This document shows, piece after piece, positions 10,292 to 20,987 of a stretch of DNA of 64,000 bases. Location of the stretch: NCBI GenBank assembly GCA_041650895.1, contig JBAZKF010000001.1, positions 359,156 to 423,155 of the forward strand, read 5' to 3'. Position 1 is the stretch's first letter. Each line of letters begins with the position of its first letter. This DNA is from Patescibacteria group bacterium. GTDB lineage: Bacteria; Patescibacteriota; Patescibacteriia; 2-01-FULL-39-33. The translations under genes and the position numbers were made by a program. The notes under the pieces are model-generated. The model made no database searches, was not told the origin of the DNA, and saw nothing but the letters and a program-made list of their open reading frames with translations.

Positions 10292-11475
10292 AAACGATAA
10301 AACAAATAGAATAAAGTAAAAATTGCGCCAACGATGAACATCGTGTTCCAGCCCGGCGCCACCAACTGCAAAGCCAAGAAGCAGACAATCATGGCCGCTA
10401 TCTTGCCCAAAACCAAAGTCATCTCAAAAAACACAATGGAATTCATCACCGAACTGTCCCTGGCATCCTTATAAACAAAAGCGGTAATCGGCACCGTCAG
10501 GGAATCCTTGGAGATGCGGGAAAAAATATCCAAAAGCAGCACCCCCCAAGGCAAACGTGTTACCAATTTAAGCAACCAGCTAAAAAAATAAAAAACAATG
10601 CCGTAGCCTAAAATTTGCTGACGAGGGCTCCTATCCGTCCAACGGCCAATAAACAATAGGACGACCAAAGAAATTAAAGTTGATACTGCTGAGAGAATAC
10701 CAAGATTAAGATAAGTGCCGACCGCCAAAAAAACAAAAATCGGCCAAATGATCAAAATAATCCACTCTTCACCAAAGCCCAGATTAGCCCAGAACCTAAG
10801 TCTGTTTTCTTTGGCAAGGATACGCTTAAAAGCCTCGCGATAGCTGAATGGTTTAGGATCAAACTTTTCCTTAGTGATTAACATGGGAATATTAGAAACC
10901 AAAATGAGTATGGCAGTAACCACAAATAACACTTTGAAACCGTAAAATTGCACAATCAAACCACCGACTAAAGGAGAAATAACATAAACAATATTTAAAA
11001 TAACGTACAAATTGCTAATTTGCCTGCCCTGCTCGCCATCAGAGGAAAACTTAGCAAAATTAGAATGGTAAGACGGCCAATAAAGCATCTTAAAAATTAC
11101 ATAGGGTATGGTCGCCAGCCAAACCGCAGGTGCAAAACGATTAGCGGAAAACAACAAAAAATACATTAACACCATAAAAGGCGTAGACAGGGCAATGGAG
11201 TTCTCGTAACCGAAGCGGCGGGCAAATTTGGCGCCAAACGGCACTAAGAAAAAATACGGAATATAAACCAACAAATAAAAAAGAATGATTAACTCTAATG
11301 TATTTTGCAAATTATTAGTCTGTGAAAAAAAAATATATAAAAATACCGGTTCAAAAATACTAACCATACAGACGGCAAAATCCAAAATAATGGAAGAAGC
11401 ATAAAGCTCCTTCACCTGACGAGTCAACCGGTGAGCAAAAAATGACGATAAAACATTTAGTGGATTGCGGCTCAT
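10288..11475 (-). CDS. Polytopic membrane transporter (MFS-like)
   Basis: 395 aa with about 12 predicted hydrophobic helices; overlaps the rsmA start by 4 nt. Confidence 0.5.
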   Translation of the reverse strand: MSRNPLNVLSSFFAHRLTRQVKELYASSIILDFAVCMVSIFEPVFLYIFFSQTNNLQNTLELIILFYLLVYIPYFFLVPFGAKFARRFGYENSIALSTPFMVLMYFLLFSANRFAPAVWLATIPYVIFKMLYWPSYHSNFAKFSSDGEQGRQISNLYVILNIVYVISPLVGGLIVQFYGFKVLFVVTAILILVSNIPMLITKEKFDPKPFSYREAFKRILAKENRLRFWANLGFGEEWIILIIWPIFVFLAVGTYLNLGILSAVSTLISLVVLLFIGRWTDRSPRQQILGYGIVFYFFSWLLKLVTRLPWGVLLLDIFSRISKDSLTVPITAFVYKDARDSSVMNSIVFFEMTLVLGKIAAMIVCFLALQLVAPGWNTMFIVGAIFTLFYLFYRL

Positions 11476-12458
11476 GATCTTCTAATTGTTTTATAAATAA
11501 AATATAACAAAGGATTAGCGACCAGATCATAAGCCCCGGCATACTTAGTCAGCGGGAGCTGAGGGGCAAAACCGACCTTAAACCTAGTCACGCCCGGCCA
11601 TTTATCAGGATCGGCGCCAAAAAAGTCATAATGTTTGCAACCGCGGTTCTGTGCTTCCCTAATCATTTCCCATTGCAATAAGTATGGCGCCATTTTTTCC
11701 CGTGCCTCGTAAGCCGAAGCGCCATGCAGGTAATAACACCAACTACCATAGAACATCATAATGGCAGTAGCAACAGCTTGGCCATTAACTTGAGCAAAAA
11801 CTAATTTTATTTCCGGCTGTTCCAGCATTTTCCGATAATATTCTTCGGGATGAACGGCTATATTATCACGCTTAGCTGTTTGTTTCATTAACACCAGGAA
11901 CTCGCTTAATTCCTTTTGCGGATTAATGCTGGTTATTATTTTTACGCCGTGTTTCTGCGCCACTTTGATATTGTAACGGGTCTTAGGCTTCATCGCTTTC
12001 ATCAAATCCTCTGCAGATTCGGCCAAGTCCAAAACTAGAGTACTCCGAGGCTGGACTTGCCCGCTGGACTTTAATTCATTGGCTATCAAAATATCGTCCC
12101 CCTCCCAGGCCGGATCCATCCTGACAAAAATCGCTTTTTCTTCTTGTGCCAACTTCTTCAATCCTGATAAAACATTTTCAAAAATCTCCTGTCTCTCAAT
12201 CCTGGGCTCAGATTTGATTATCGGCCCTCGAGGCAGATAAAAATAACCCAGCCTGCCGGGCAGCGGCTGGCGAACAATCAGAGCCACGGCAATAATCTTA
12301 TTACCATCCAACCAAGCCAGGCGCCAAATCCGTCGGCCATAAGACCGCTGAAACTCCCCCCAATCCCAAGATTGTAATAAACCTCCGTCAGCGGCATTAG
12401 CCAAGACGAATTCTTCCCAAGAACGGCGATTAAGATTAAAAACTTTTTCTAATTTCAT
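11472..12458 (-). CDS. FemAB-family peptidoglycan aminoacyltransferase
   Basis: 328 aa with FemAB-like sequence (…YYLHGASAYEAREKMAPYLLQWEMIREAQNRGCKHYDFFG…). Confidence 0.6.
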   Translation of the reverse strand: MKLEKVFNLNRRSWEEFVLANAADGGLLQSWDWGEFQRSYGRRIWRLAWLDGNKIIAVALIVRQPLPGRLGYFYLPRGPIIKSEPRIERQEIFENVLSGLKKLAQEEKAIFVRMDPAWEGDDILIANELKSSGQVQPRSTLVLDLAESAEDLMKAMKPKTRYNIKVAQKHGVKIITSINPQKELSEFLVLMKQTAKRDNIAVHPEEYYRKMLEQPEIKLVFAQVNGQAVATAIMMFYGSWCYYLHGASAYEAREKMAPYLLQWEMIREAQNRGCKHYDFFGADPDKWPGVTRFKVGFAPQLPLTKYAGAYDLVANPLLYFIYKTIRRS

Positions 12459-12588
12459 TACTTATATCATAACATAAAAATTAAAAAGCCGCGAAACGCG
12501 GCAAAGTAAAAAACATTTTACCTTGACAAAGCGGCTAAAAATATTATATGATATTGTTTTGTCCCTAAATAACTGATACCATATTAAT

Positions 12589-13944
12589 ATGTCTGATAAA
12601 TTACCACAAGTAGCGATTGTCGGCCGAGCCAATATCGGCAAATCAACCCTATTTAATCGCCTAATCGAGCAGAACAAGGCAATAGTCTCTTCTATTGCCG
12701 GCACTACTCGCGACCGCAACATCGGCATAGCCGAGTGGCGCGGTATCAGGTTTACTTTAGTTGACACTGGCGGATTGGACGTAGACCTGATTGAAGGCGC
12801 ACCCGAAGAAATTGCGCAAGGTATCATTAAACAGGCTCAGCAAGCCATCAAAGCCGCCAAGGTGATTATTTTTGTCGTTGACCTGAAAACCGGCATTTTG
12901 TCTTCGGATAGAGAATTAGCCAAGGCCCTGCTTCAGCAAGGGTTAAGTTCAAAAATACTAGTGGTCGGCAACAAAGCGGAGACGGCTCGTTATGAAAAAC
13001 ACTCAGCGGGTGTAGAAAAGCTAGGCTTGGGCGAACCGTTATTTGTTTCTGCCGCTTCCGGCTCCGGTACCGGCGACCTGCTGGATGAAGTCGTTAAAAA
13101 GCTTCCACCGCAAAAAATCTCCGAACCGGACGAGCGAAAACCCATCCGCGTCGCATTGTTAGGCAAGCCCAATGTCGGCAAGTCGTCTTTGCTTAATTCC
13201 ATCCTGGGCGAAGAAAGGGTTATTGTCAGCCCCTTGCCTCATACCACTCGCGAAGCGCACGATACTGAATTTGAATATCATGATCACAAGTTTGTCATCA
13301 TTGACACGGCCGGCCTGCGCAAAAAAGCCAAAGTGGAAGGCGGACTGGAAAGGAAATCAGTTGATAAATCGCTTAGGGCGCTGGCCGAATGCGATGTGGC
13401 TGTCTTGGTTACTGAAGCGGACAAAAAAATTGACGTACAGGACAAAAAAATAACTCAGGCCATTTTAGAATCCGGCAAATCAGTGATCATTGTTGCCAAC
13501 AAATGGGACTTAATCGGCGATAAGGACACGGCGACGATTGACAAGTTCGTTGACTATTATCACCTGTCTTTTCCTTATTTATGGTGGGCGCCCTTGATCT
13601 TCGTTTCCGCCAAAGAAAATTTACGCAGCAAAAAGATCCTGGACGTTATCCTGGAAATAATCGCCTCGCGCACGGTGGAGATTTCCGATTCGCGCTTGGA
13701 TAAATTCCTAAAGTCCAAAATCAAGCAACACCGGCCGAGTCGAGGCAGAGGATTAAAAAATCCCTACATTTATAATATCCGCCAAGACGGCACCAATCCG
13801 CCCCGTTTTCTTATTAATGTTAATGATCCGGAGACTCTGCATTTTTCTTATTTGCGTTTCCTGCAAAACAACTTGCGCGAAACCTTCAAGATCATCGGCA
13901 CACCCATTCAGATTGAAATGAGAAAATGGCAAGTAAAAAAATAA
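12589..13944 (+). CDS. der: Ribosome-associated GTPase Der (EngA), with two GTPase domains
   Basis: Two G1 motifs are present: GRANIGKST and GKPNVGKSS; 451 aa. Confidence 0.9.
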   Translation: MSDKLPQVAIVGRANIGKSTLFNRLIEQNKAIVSSIAGTTRDRNIGIAEWRGIRFTLVDTGGLDVDLIEGAPEEIAQGIIKQAQQAIKAAKVIIFVVDLKTGILSSDRELAKALLQQGLSSKILVVGNKAETARYEKHSAGVEKLGLGEPLFVSAASGSGTGDLLDEVVKKLPPQKISEPDERKPIRVALLGKPNVGKSSLLNSILGEERVIVSPLPHTTREAHDTEFEYHDHKFVIIDTAGLRKKAKVEGGLERKSVDKSLRALAECDVAVLVTEADKKIDVQDKKITQAILESGKSVIIVANKWDLIGDKDTATIDKFVDYYHLSFPYLWWAPLIFVSAKENLRSKKILDVILEIIASRTVEISDSRLDKFLKSKIKQHRPSRGRGLKNPYIYNIRQDGTNPPRFLINVNDPETLHFSYLRFLQNNLRETFKIIGTPIQIEMRKWQVKK

Positions 13945-13988
13945 TCAAAGTTAAAAGTTTAATCATTAATTATCAGCAATCAATCCTT

Positions 13989-14555
13989 ATGTATTTAATA
14001 ATGGGTCTGGGAAATCCCGGCAAAAAATACGAATCCACCTGGCATAACCTGGGCTGGTTAACTGTTGAAAATTTTCGACAGTTGACTGATCTACCACAGT
14101 TTAAAAAGTCAGCCAAATTCCAGGCGGAAATCAGCGCCGGTGAAGTTAATGGCGAAAAAATTATCGTAGCTAAGCCGCTGACCTACATGAATAATTCCGG
14201 AATCAGCATCGGCGCACTGGCCAAATTCTATAAAATAAAAACCGAAAATATCATCATTGTCCACGACGATAAGGATTTGTCTCTGGGTCGGTTGCGTTTG
14301 TCGCAAGACTCTTCGGCCGGCGGACATAACGGGGTCAAATCGATTATTGAACATCTGAATAGCCAAAAATTCTTGCGTGTTCGTTTGGGCGTCAAAACGC
14401 CGCTGTTGGATAAAGTTTCTACCGCCGATTATGTTTTGATGAAATGGAACAAAAACGAAATGATGGCAATCAAAGAGCAAACAAAAAAAGCCGCAGAAGC
14501 GACTTTAGCTATTATTACCGACGGATTGGCCAAGGCCATGAATCAATATAATTAA
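13989..14555 (+). CDS. pth: Peptidyl-tRNA hydrolase
   Basis: Begins MYLIMGLGNPG… (Pth signature). The start used here is the internal Met of track ORF 13926..14555. Confidence 0.85.
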   Translation: MYLIMGLGNPGKKYESTWHNLGWLTVENFRQLTDLPQFKKSAKFQAEISAGEVNGEKIIVAKPLTYMNNSGISIGALAKFYKIKTENIIIVHDDKDLSLGRLRLSQDSSAGGHNGVKSIIEHLNSQKFLRVRLGVKTPLLDKVSTADYVLMKWNKNEMMAIKEQTKKAAEATLAIITDGLAKAMNQYN

Positions 14556-14792
14556 AAATGACGAGCATAATACTGTCTGCCAATAAGCGAAAATTATCAG
14601 GAGGGGGACAATAATCGCTAGTTAACAGACAGGATTATAACCGTCATTTGCTGTTTTTAATCAAATTATAGCCGATTTGTTTTACGACCCCATCTTAACA
14701 AATAACCCCAAACCCGTCAAGGCCTCGGGGTAAAAAATTAATAAATCATTAAAATTAAGATTTTTTCTTGATTTTTATCTTCTTAGTCGGCC

Positions 14793-15899
14793 ATGATTAA
14801 CGCGCCTTATTTAATAGCCTTGTCACAAATAAGTTTCTTAGGTCCTTCGCGTCTCAGGCGGCTGATTGATTTTTTTTCTGACCCCAAAGACGCTTGGACC
14901 GCCAAACTGCCGGAATTTTTGGCTGCAGGATTCAGTGAAAAGGAAGCGACTGATATAATTATAAAACGCCAGGAAATCAATCCGGAAAATGAATTAAAAC
15001 GATTAGAACAAGCCGGCATTGGATTCATCACTTCTGACGAAGCCGCTTATTCAAAATTGTTGAAAGAAATCTATAACACTCCCCCGCTATTGTATTATCG
15101 TGGCAACATCAATTGCCTGAACATGCCTTGCCTGGGCGTCGTCGGCGCTAGAAAACATACGGCCTACGGCCAGCAAGCAACAGAAAAGATTGTCGCCGGC
15201 ATTGCTCAGGCCGGAATCACAGTAATCTCTGGCTTAGCTTTGGGCATTGACGCTTTAGCGCACAAGATAACTTTGGATCAGGGAGGATTGACGGCGGCCG
15301 TGCTGGGGTCAGACTTAAGCTGGGATAATATCGGGCCTAAGACTAATTTCCATTTAGCTGAAAAAATCTTGGAATCAGCCGGCTGTTTGGTTTCGGAGTT
15401 CCCCTTAGGCGTCAGTGCTAATCGAGCGACTTTCCCCCAACGCAACCGCCTTATCTCCGGCTTATCTTCCGGCGTATTAGTCATTGAAGCCGGCGAGAGC
15501 TCCGGTTCATTGATTACCGCCGATTACGCTTTAGAACAAAATCGCGACGTTTTCGCCGTACCCGGAAGCATCTTTAGCCCCTACTCCGCTGGCACCAATA
15601 ATCTGATAAAAAAGGGGGCTAAGCCAGTCACCGGATCGGATGAGATTATTGAAGAGTACGGCTGGCAAAAACTGCCAAAAATAACAGTAACTGCTACAGA
15701 AAACGAACCGACTGAAACAGAAAAAGAAATTTTGGGGTACCTCTCCGCTGAGCCTCTTCACCTTGACAAAATCGTTCAAGTATGCAATATTAGGATTAAT
15801 ACTCTTTCGTCTTTGTTTATGATAATGTCTATCAAGGGATTAGTAAAAGACATCGGCGGAGGAAATTATATTAGAATCTATAAAAACAAAGACTCATAA
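14793..15899 (+). CDS. dprA: DNA processing protein DprA (Smf)
   Basis: Contains the Rossmann-like core LGVVGARKHTAYGQ…VISGLALGIDALAH; lies upstream of topA as in many bacteria. Confidence 0.85.
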   Translation: MINAPYLIALSQISFLGPSRLRRLIDFFSDPKDAWTAKLPEFLAAGFSEKEATDIIIKRQEINPENELKRLEQAGIGFITSDEAAYSKLLKEIYNTPPLLYYRGNINCLNMPCLGVVGARKHTAYGQQATEKIVAGIAQAGITVISGLALGIDALAHKITLDQGGLTAAVLGSDLSWDNIGPKTNFHLAEKILESAGCLVSEFPLGVSANRATFPQRNRLISGLSSGVLVIEAGESSGSLITADYALEQNRDVFAVPGSIFSPYSAGTNNLIKKGAKPVTGSDEIIEEYGWQKLPKITVTATENEPTETEKEILGYLSAEPLHLDKIVQVCNIRINTLSSLFMIMSIKGLVKDIGGGNYIRIYKNKDS

Positions 15900-16018
15900 A
15901 ATAAAAAGTTTGATAACGGTTTATCCCATCTTTGCCGGCCCCGACCTTAATAACCTTAGGGAAGTTCGACTCTTTTGTTTCTTAATTTAATCAATACGCA
16001 AAAATATTAATTTTTCTT

Positions 16019-18205
16019 ATGCCTCATAAACTTCTCATCGTTGAGTCCCCGGCCAAAGCCAAAACCATCGCCAAATACCTGAATAATGAATATACGGTCA
16101 AGGCATCGGTCGGCCACATTCGCGATCTGCCGAAATCAAACAAAAACGCCATTGATATCAAGGGCGGCTTCATACCGCATTACGAGATTGTCCCCGGCAA
16201 GGAAAAAATTGTCAGCGAATTGAAAAGTTTGGCGCATAAAGCCGACGAAGTGGTATTGGCCACCGATCCGGACCGTGAAGGAGAGGCGATCGCCTGGCAC
16301 ATCAAAGAAGCTATCGGCTTAAAGCACCCCAAAAGAATCGTCTTTCATGAAATTACCAAAGAGGCCGTGCAAGAAGCCATCAAGCATCCGCGCGAGATTG
16401 ATGAAAATCTAAAAGAAGCGCAGGAAGCGCGCCGCGTCCTTGATCGCTTGTTCGGTTACGATCTAAGCGCCTTAATCTGGCAGAAAGTCCGCTACGGGCT
16501 ATCCGCCGGTCGCGTCCAATCCCCGGCTTTGCGTATTCTAACGGAAAAAGAAAAGGAAATCCGCGCTTTCGTGCCGGAAACTTATTTTGTTTTGGAAGCC
16601 GATTTTGAAACGCCCCAAAATGATAAAATAAAATTCAAATGCAGTAAACAGCCCAAAACAGCCGAGGACTCGGAAGACATCCTGACCAAAGCCAAAAAAG
16701 CCGATTGGCAAGTCAAGGCCGTAGAAGAAAACGAGGCCACGCGTCGCGCCAAAGCGCCGTTTACCACCTCAACCTTACAGCAATCTTCCTCTTCACGCCT
16801 GGGTTATTCGCCCAGCCAGACTATGCGTTTGGCGCAAAAACTCTATGAAGCCGGGCACATTACTTACATGCGTACCGATTCCACCACTTTGAGCGGCCAG
16901 GCCATGAAAGAAATCAACAGTTTAATTACAGATAAATTCGGCAAAGAATATGCCAAACCGCAAAAATTCTTAACCAAAAGCAAGAACGCGCAAGAGGCGC
17001 ATGAAGCTGTCCGCCCGACGCATTTCTCTACCGTTGAAGCCGGACATACGCCGCAAGAGAAGCGACTCTACCAATTGATTTGGCAAAGGACTGTCGCCTG
17101 CCAAATGGCCGACGCCAAAACCCTGAAAACCAAAGCCATCGCCATCGTTAAAAACGAAACGGAAATGCCGGAATTTGTCGCCGAAGGCAGCCGCATCACT
17201 TTTGCCGGCTGGCTCAAGGCCGACCCCAAAGCCCGTGGCGAAGAAGTGGAATTGCCCAAAATGACGGCGGGAGAAAAATTAAAACTGCTGGATATTCTGG
17301 CCGAAGAAAAACAGACCGAACCGCCGCACCGCTACACCGAAGCCGGCCTGGTCAAAGAACTGGAAAAACGCGGCATCGGCCGTCCTTCCACTTATGCCTC
17401 TATTATTGACACCGTTATTAAGCGCGGTTACGTCACCAAAGAACAAAAATCACTCAAAGTAACAGAGATCGGCGAGTTGGTGGATGACTTTTTGGAAAAA
17501 AACTTCGGCGACTACATCTCTGACACCTTTACCGCGGAAATGGAAAACCAACTGGATGAAATCGCCCGAGGCCAAGACACTTATATCAAAACCCTGAAAG
17601 ATTTTTACAGTCCCTTTACTGAAACGGTCAAAAGCAAAAAATCCATCCCTAAAATCACTGATTTAGGCGATGCGCCGGCTGATATCAAATGCCCGGAGTG
17701 CGGAGCAAAAATGAAAATAAAACTGGGACGCGGCGGCAAATTCTACTCTTGCGAACGCTTCCCCGATTGTCAAGGCGCTTTGACCATGGAGGGCAAGGTC
17801 TTGGAACCGCCCAAAGACACAGGTGAAATCTGTCCTAAATGCGGCAAGGGCAAACTGATTGAACGCGAAGGCAAATACGGCAAATTCATTGCCTGCTCCA
17901 ATTATCCCAAATGCAAATTCATCAAAAAAGACGAGGTGGCCGAGGCGGAACGCATGAAGGCCGCCGATACCGGCGTGCAATGCCCGGAATGCAAAAAGGG
18001 CACGATGATAGAAAAACGCGGTCGCTTCGGCGTCTTCTACGGTTGCAGTAATTATCCGGAATGCAAAAATATCGTCAAAGCCAAACCCACGGGCAAGCTC
18101 TGCCCGCAATGCGGCAAGCTGATGATGGAAGGAACCAAAACTATTCCGGAAAGATGTTCAGACAAAAACTGCCCTAACCATAATCCGCAAAAACTCAAAA
18201 AATAA
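16019..18205 (+). CDS. topA: DNA topoisomerase I, with repeated C-terminal zinc-ribbon domains
   Basis: Has a Toprim domain N-terminally and four CxxC…CxxC zinc-ribbon repeats at the C-terminus; 728 aa. Confidence 0.9.
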   Translation: MPHKLLIVESPAKAKTIAKYLNNEYTVKASVGHIRDLPKSNKNAIDIKGGFIPHYEIVPGKEKIVSELKSLAHKADEVVLATDPDREGEAIAWHIKEAIGLKHPKRIVFHEITKEAVQEAIKHPREIDENLKEAQEARRVLDRLFGYDLSALIWQKVRYGLSAGRVQSPALRILTEKEKEIRAFVPETYFVLEADFETPQNDKIKFKCSKQPKTAEDSEDILTKAKKADWQVKAVEENEATRRAKAPFTTSTLQQSSSSRLGYSPSQTMRLAQKLYEAGHITYMRTDSTTLSGQAMKEINSLITDKFGKEYAKPQKFLTKSKNAQEAHEAVRPTHFSTVEAGHTPQEKRLYQLIWQRTVACQMADAKTLKTKAIAIVKNETEMPEFVAEGSRITFAGWLKADPKARGEEVELPKMTAGEKLKLLDILAEEKQTEPPHRYTEAGLVKELEKRGIGRPSTYASIIDTVIKRGYVTKEQKSLKVTEIGELVDDFLEKNFGDYISDTFTAEMENQLDEIARGQDTYIKTLKDFYSPFTETVKSKKSIPKITDLGDAPADIKCPECGAKMKIKLGRGGKFYSCERFPDCQGALTMEGKVLEPPKDTGEICPKCGKGKLIEREGKYGKFIACSNYPKCKFIKKDEVAEAERMKAADTGVQCPECKKGTMIEKRGRFGVFYGCSNYPECKNIVKAKPTGKLCPQCGKLMMEGTKTIPERCSDKNCPNHNPQKLKK

Positions 18206-18243
18206 TATTTGCTACGTAGCATGTTACGTAACATGCAGATAAC

Positions 18244-18271
18244 AAAATCCCGCCGGCCGGCGGGATTTTTT
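18244..18271. terminator. Bidirectional intrinsic terminator (perfect 13-bp palindrome aaaatcccgccgg/ccggcgggatttt followed by a T-run)
   Basis: Lies between the convergent topA (+) and the GC-rich minus-strand gene at 18390–19188. Confidence 0.7.
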
Positions 18272-18389
18272 GAAATTAAAAAAGACGCAAAGATCGACCG
18301 AAGCCGCTCTTTGCGCCTTAATAATGAGCGTCGTTCCTGCGAAATCAGGGACCAAAATCCAAAAATCAGATCAATGACCGAGCTCGACA

Positions 18390-19188
18390 TTACCCGATGA
18401 GCAGAAGCCCGCTGGAAAAATCGCAAAACGTGTAAGCCAAGTCGTCGATGCGACCGAGGACGAGACAGTCATCGCGGGCCTCGAAGTAGAGCGAATACGC
18501 TGGCGACTGTAAAGTATTGGACGCGCAATCATTGCCAGGGACACGATGGTCGCGAGCCATTACATCAGGATAGCCGATAATGGCGTGGCCGTGAATGATG
18601 ACGTCCGGCAGGACGAACCTCAGGCCTTGCGGTAGCGTCTCCATCTGCCTGCGAGCATCGAGGATGGACCACGACCGCAAAGCATCCGGGAAATACGCCG
18701 CCACGACCGGACCGGCGTCCATGGCTTCGAGGAACAATCTGAAGTTGATCTCGGGCACATAGTTGACCTGATGTTTGACCTGTCTAGCTATATTGAACGG
18801 CCGTCCTGCGAATTGGCCTTCATAGGCAGACCTGACGCCAGCGAGCACTGTGTTTTCCAGATACGTACCCAAGTCAATCTTGATCGCGCCAGCAGCAAAA
18901 ACGAGTGGCAAGCACGGACCGTTGAGAATATTACACACGTCCTCACGGCCGCTGACGGTTTCGATGATCGCCATGAAGCGAAAGTAGAAATCATTGAGTT
19001 GGGGCAGTTCGGAACCCGCTGGCAAATGCCTCTTGAACTGACTCAGGGCCTGGGCGAAACGCGACTTGCCGAAAAACTGCGGTACAACAAATCGGAAATC
19101 CCAATTGGGCGTGTTGGCCTGATTATTGAGGTCATTATAAGGAATACGGACTCCGTTTTCGTCAAACAAACTGGGTTGCTTGGTCATG
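18390..19188 (-). CDS. Hypothetical protein with anomalous GC (about 58–60%), likely horizontally acquired
   Basis: Track ORF 18390..19367. The true start is probably the ATG at 19186-19188 (MTKQPSLFDENG…), preceded by the RBS AGGAGA and lying downstream of a mapped promoter. GC of a 60-nt sample is 60%, against about 45% locally. Confidence 0.55.
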
Positions 19189-19337
19189 ATCGTTCTCCTA
19201 TTTACCTCGCCAATTTCTTGACGTAGGCCCGGTGTTAGTTTGGGGCCATTCCCCCTTCTTTTTTGGATTGTTTTATAGGTACTGCCACCACTAAGCCGAC
19301 TGGGCCAAGCGGATTGCTTCCAATTTATGGAATATAT

Positions 19338-19366
19338 AATTGTAGCATATCTATTACAATTTGTCA
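19338..19366 (-). promoter_or_regulatory. Sigma70-type promoter: TTGACA-17nt-TACAAT (minus strand)
   Basis: The reverse complement of 19338-19366 reads TTGACAaattgtaatagatatgcTACAAT. It is about 140 nt upstream of the predicted start, implying a long 5' UTR. Confidence 0.55.
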
Positions 19367-19479
19367 ATAGTTATAACAAAAAAGTCTAATTTTAGATATT
19401 TATTTATAAAAAATAAACAAAAAATATAACACTTAATAGACAGCCGACTGTTTATTGCTTATAATAAGCTTACACCAAT

Positions 19480-20943
19480 ATGGCTATCCTTAATCCGCAA
19501 AAAGAGTTTGATAAACTGCTCAAAACCGTTCAGGAAAAACAGATCGGCGGTGATTTGGATATGTTAAAGCTAGCTTATGACTTCGCTTCCGAAGCTCATA
19601 AAGGGCAAATGCGCGCCTCCGGCAACCCCTACATCGTTCATCCGCTGGCGACCGCCCAAAAATTAGCGGAGATGAATTTGGACTTGACGACGATTATTGC
19701 CGGCCTGCTCCATGACATTCCCGAAGATACTGATGTAACACTACAAGAAATAGAAAAAAATTTCGGTCCGGAAGTATCTCAATTAGTTGAGGGTATCACT
19801 AAGCTGGGCAAACTCAAATACCGCGGTATGGAACGCTACGCCGAGAATCTGCGCAAGATGTTCGTAGCCATGTCAGATGACATCAGGGTTATCCTAATAA
19901 AATTCGCCGATCGCTTGCATAACCTGAAAACTTTGGACGCTCTGCCCGCGGACAAACGCTTCCGCATCGCCAAAGAGACCCTGGAGATCTATGCACCCAT
20001 CGCTGATCGTCTGGCTATCGGGCAAATCAAAGGCGAGCTGGAAGATCTATCCTTCCCCTATGTTTATCCTGAAGATTACAAATGGATTACTGCGATTATT
20101 CCGCACGAATATAAAATCAAAGAAAAATACTTGCAAGAAGTCAAAGACAAAGTTAAGAAAAAATTAGCGGAAGAAGGAATCACGATTGATGAAATTTCCA
20201 TCCAAGGCCGCACCAAGCATCTTTACTCGCTATACAAAAAACTTTTGCGACCGCATATCAACCGCGATTTGTCCAAAATATACGATCTAATCGCCTTGCG
20301 CCTGATTGTGCCGACCCTTACCGATTGTTACAGCGCCTTGGGAGTCCTGCACAGCGTTTACCGGCCCATGCCCGGACGCATTAAGGATTATATCGCTAAT
20401 CCCAAACCTAACGGCTACCAATCACTGCACACCACTGTCTTCACTGATGATGGGGAAATCGTGGAATTCCAAATCCGCACCAGAAAAATGCACGAACAAG
20501 CCGAATACGGAATTGCCGCCCATTGGAGTTACAAAGAAGACGGGGGCAAAACCGGCAACACTAACTTAAAATGGCTGAGCGAACTGGTGAAGTGGCAGAA
20601 AAAAGTCAAAGACAACGATCAATTCCTGCAAACCGTCAAGTTGGACGTCTTTCAAAACCGCATTTTCGTTTTCACGCCTCACGGCGATGTCATTGACTTG
20701 CCGGAAGGCGCTACACCGGTTGATTTTGCCTATCATGTCCATAGCTCTCTGGGCGATAAGTGCGTCGGCGCCAAGGTTAACGATCAGTTGGTCAGTTTGG
20801 GCTATCAGCTTAAATCCGGCGATATCGTAGAAATCATTACGGACAAAAACCGCAAAACTCCCAACGCCGACTGGATGGAAACAGTCAAGACTTCCATGGC
20901 CAAAAGTAAAATCAGAGCGGCTATCAATAAGCTAAAAAAATAA
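19480..20943 (+). CDS. rel: (p)ppGpp synthetase/hydrolase, RelA/SpoT family (HD + synthetase + TGS domains; short form)
   Basis: HD motif (HDIPEDT), a synthetase core and a TGS domain (…TPHGDVIDLPEGATPVDFAY…); 487 aa. Confidence 0.85.
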   Translation: MAILNPQKEFDKLLKTVQEKQIGGDLDMLKLAYDFASEAHKGQMRASGNPYIVHPLATAQKLAEMNLDLTTIIAGLLHDIPEDTDVTLQEIEKNFGPEVSQLVEGITKLGKLKYRGMERYAENLRKMFVAMSDDIRVILIKFADRLHNLKTLDALPADKRFRIAKETLEIYAPIADRLAIGQIKGELEDLSFPYVYPEDYKWITAIIPHEYKIKEKYLQEVKDKVKKKLAEEGITIDEISIQGRTKHLYSLYKKLLRPHINRDLSKIYDLIALRLIVPTLTDCYSALGVLHSVYRPMPGRIKDYIANPKPNGYQSLHTTVFTDDGEIVEFQIRTRKMHEQAEYGIAAHWSYKEDGGKTGNTNLKWLSELVKWQKKVKDNDQFLQTVKLDVFQNRIFVFTPHGDVIDLPEGATPVDFAYHVHSSLGDKCVGAKVNDQLVSLGYQLKSGDIVEIITDKNRKTPNADWMETVKTSMAKSKIRAAINKLKK

Positions 20944-20987
20944 AAGACCGCGGAAGCGGCCTTTTATAATTTTTATAATATTTAAAG

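Noticed and set aside
12490-12512. A hairpin (gccgcgaaacgcggc) plus T-run on the minus strand upstream of the Fem-family gene start, read as a terminator.
   Set aside because: No minus-strand gene lies upstream for it to terminate. It is more likely part of the divergent promoter or leader region, so it is not annotated as a feature.
18390-19367. The GC-rich genes at 18390, 37917 and 61404 as additional remote DGR targets.
   Set aside because: Their 3' ends show no nucleotide similarity to TR1 or TR2, and no CCGGCTGCG-type IMH core was found. They are reported only as compositionally atypical genes.
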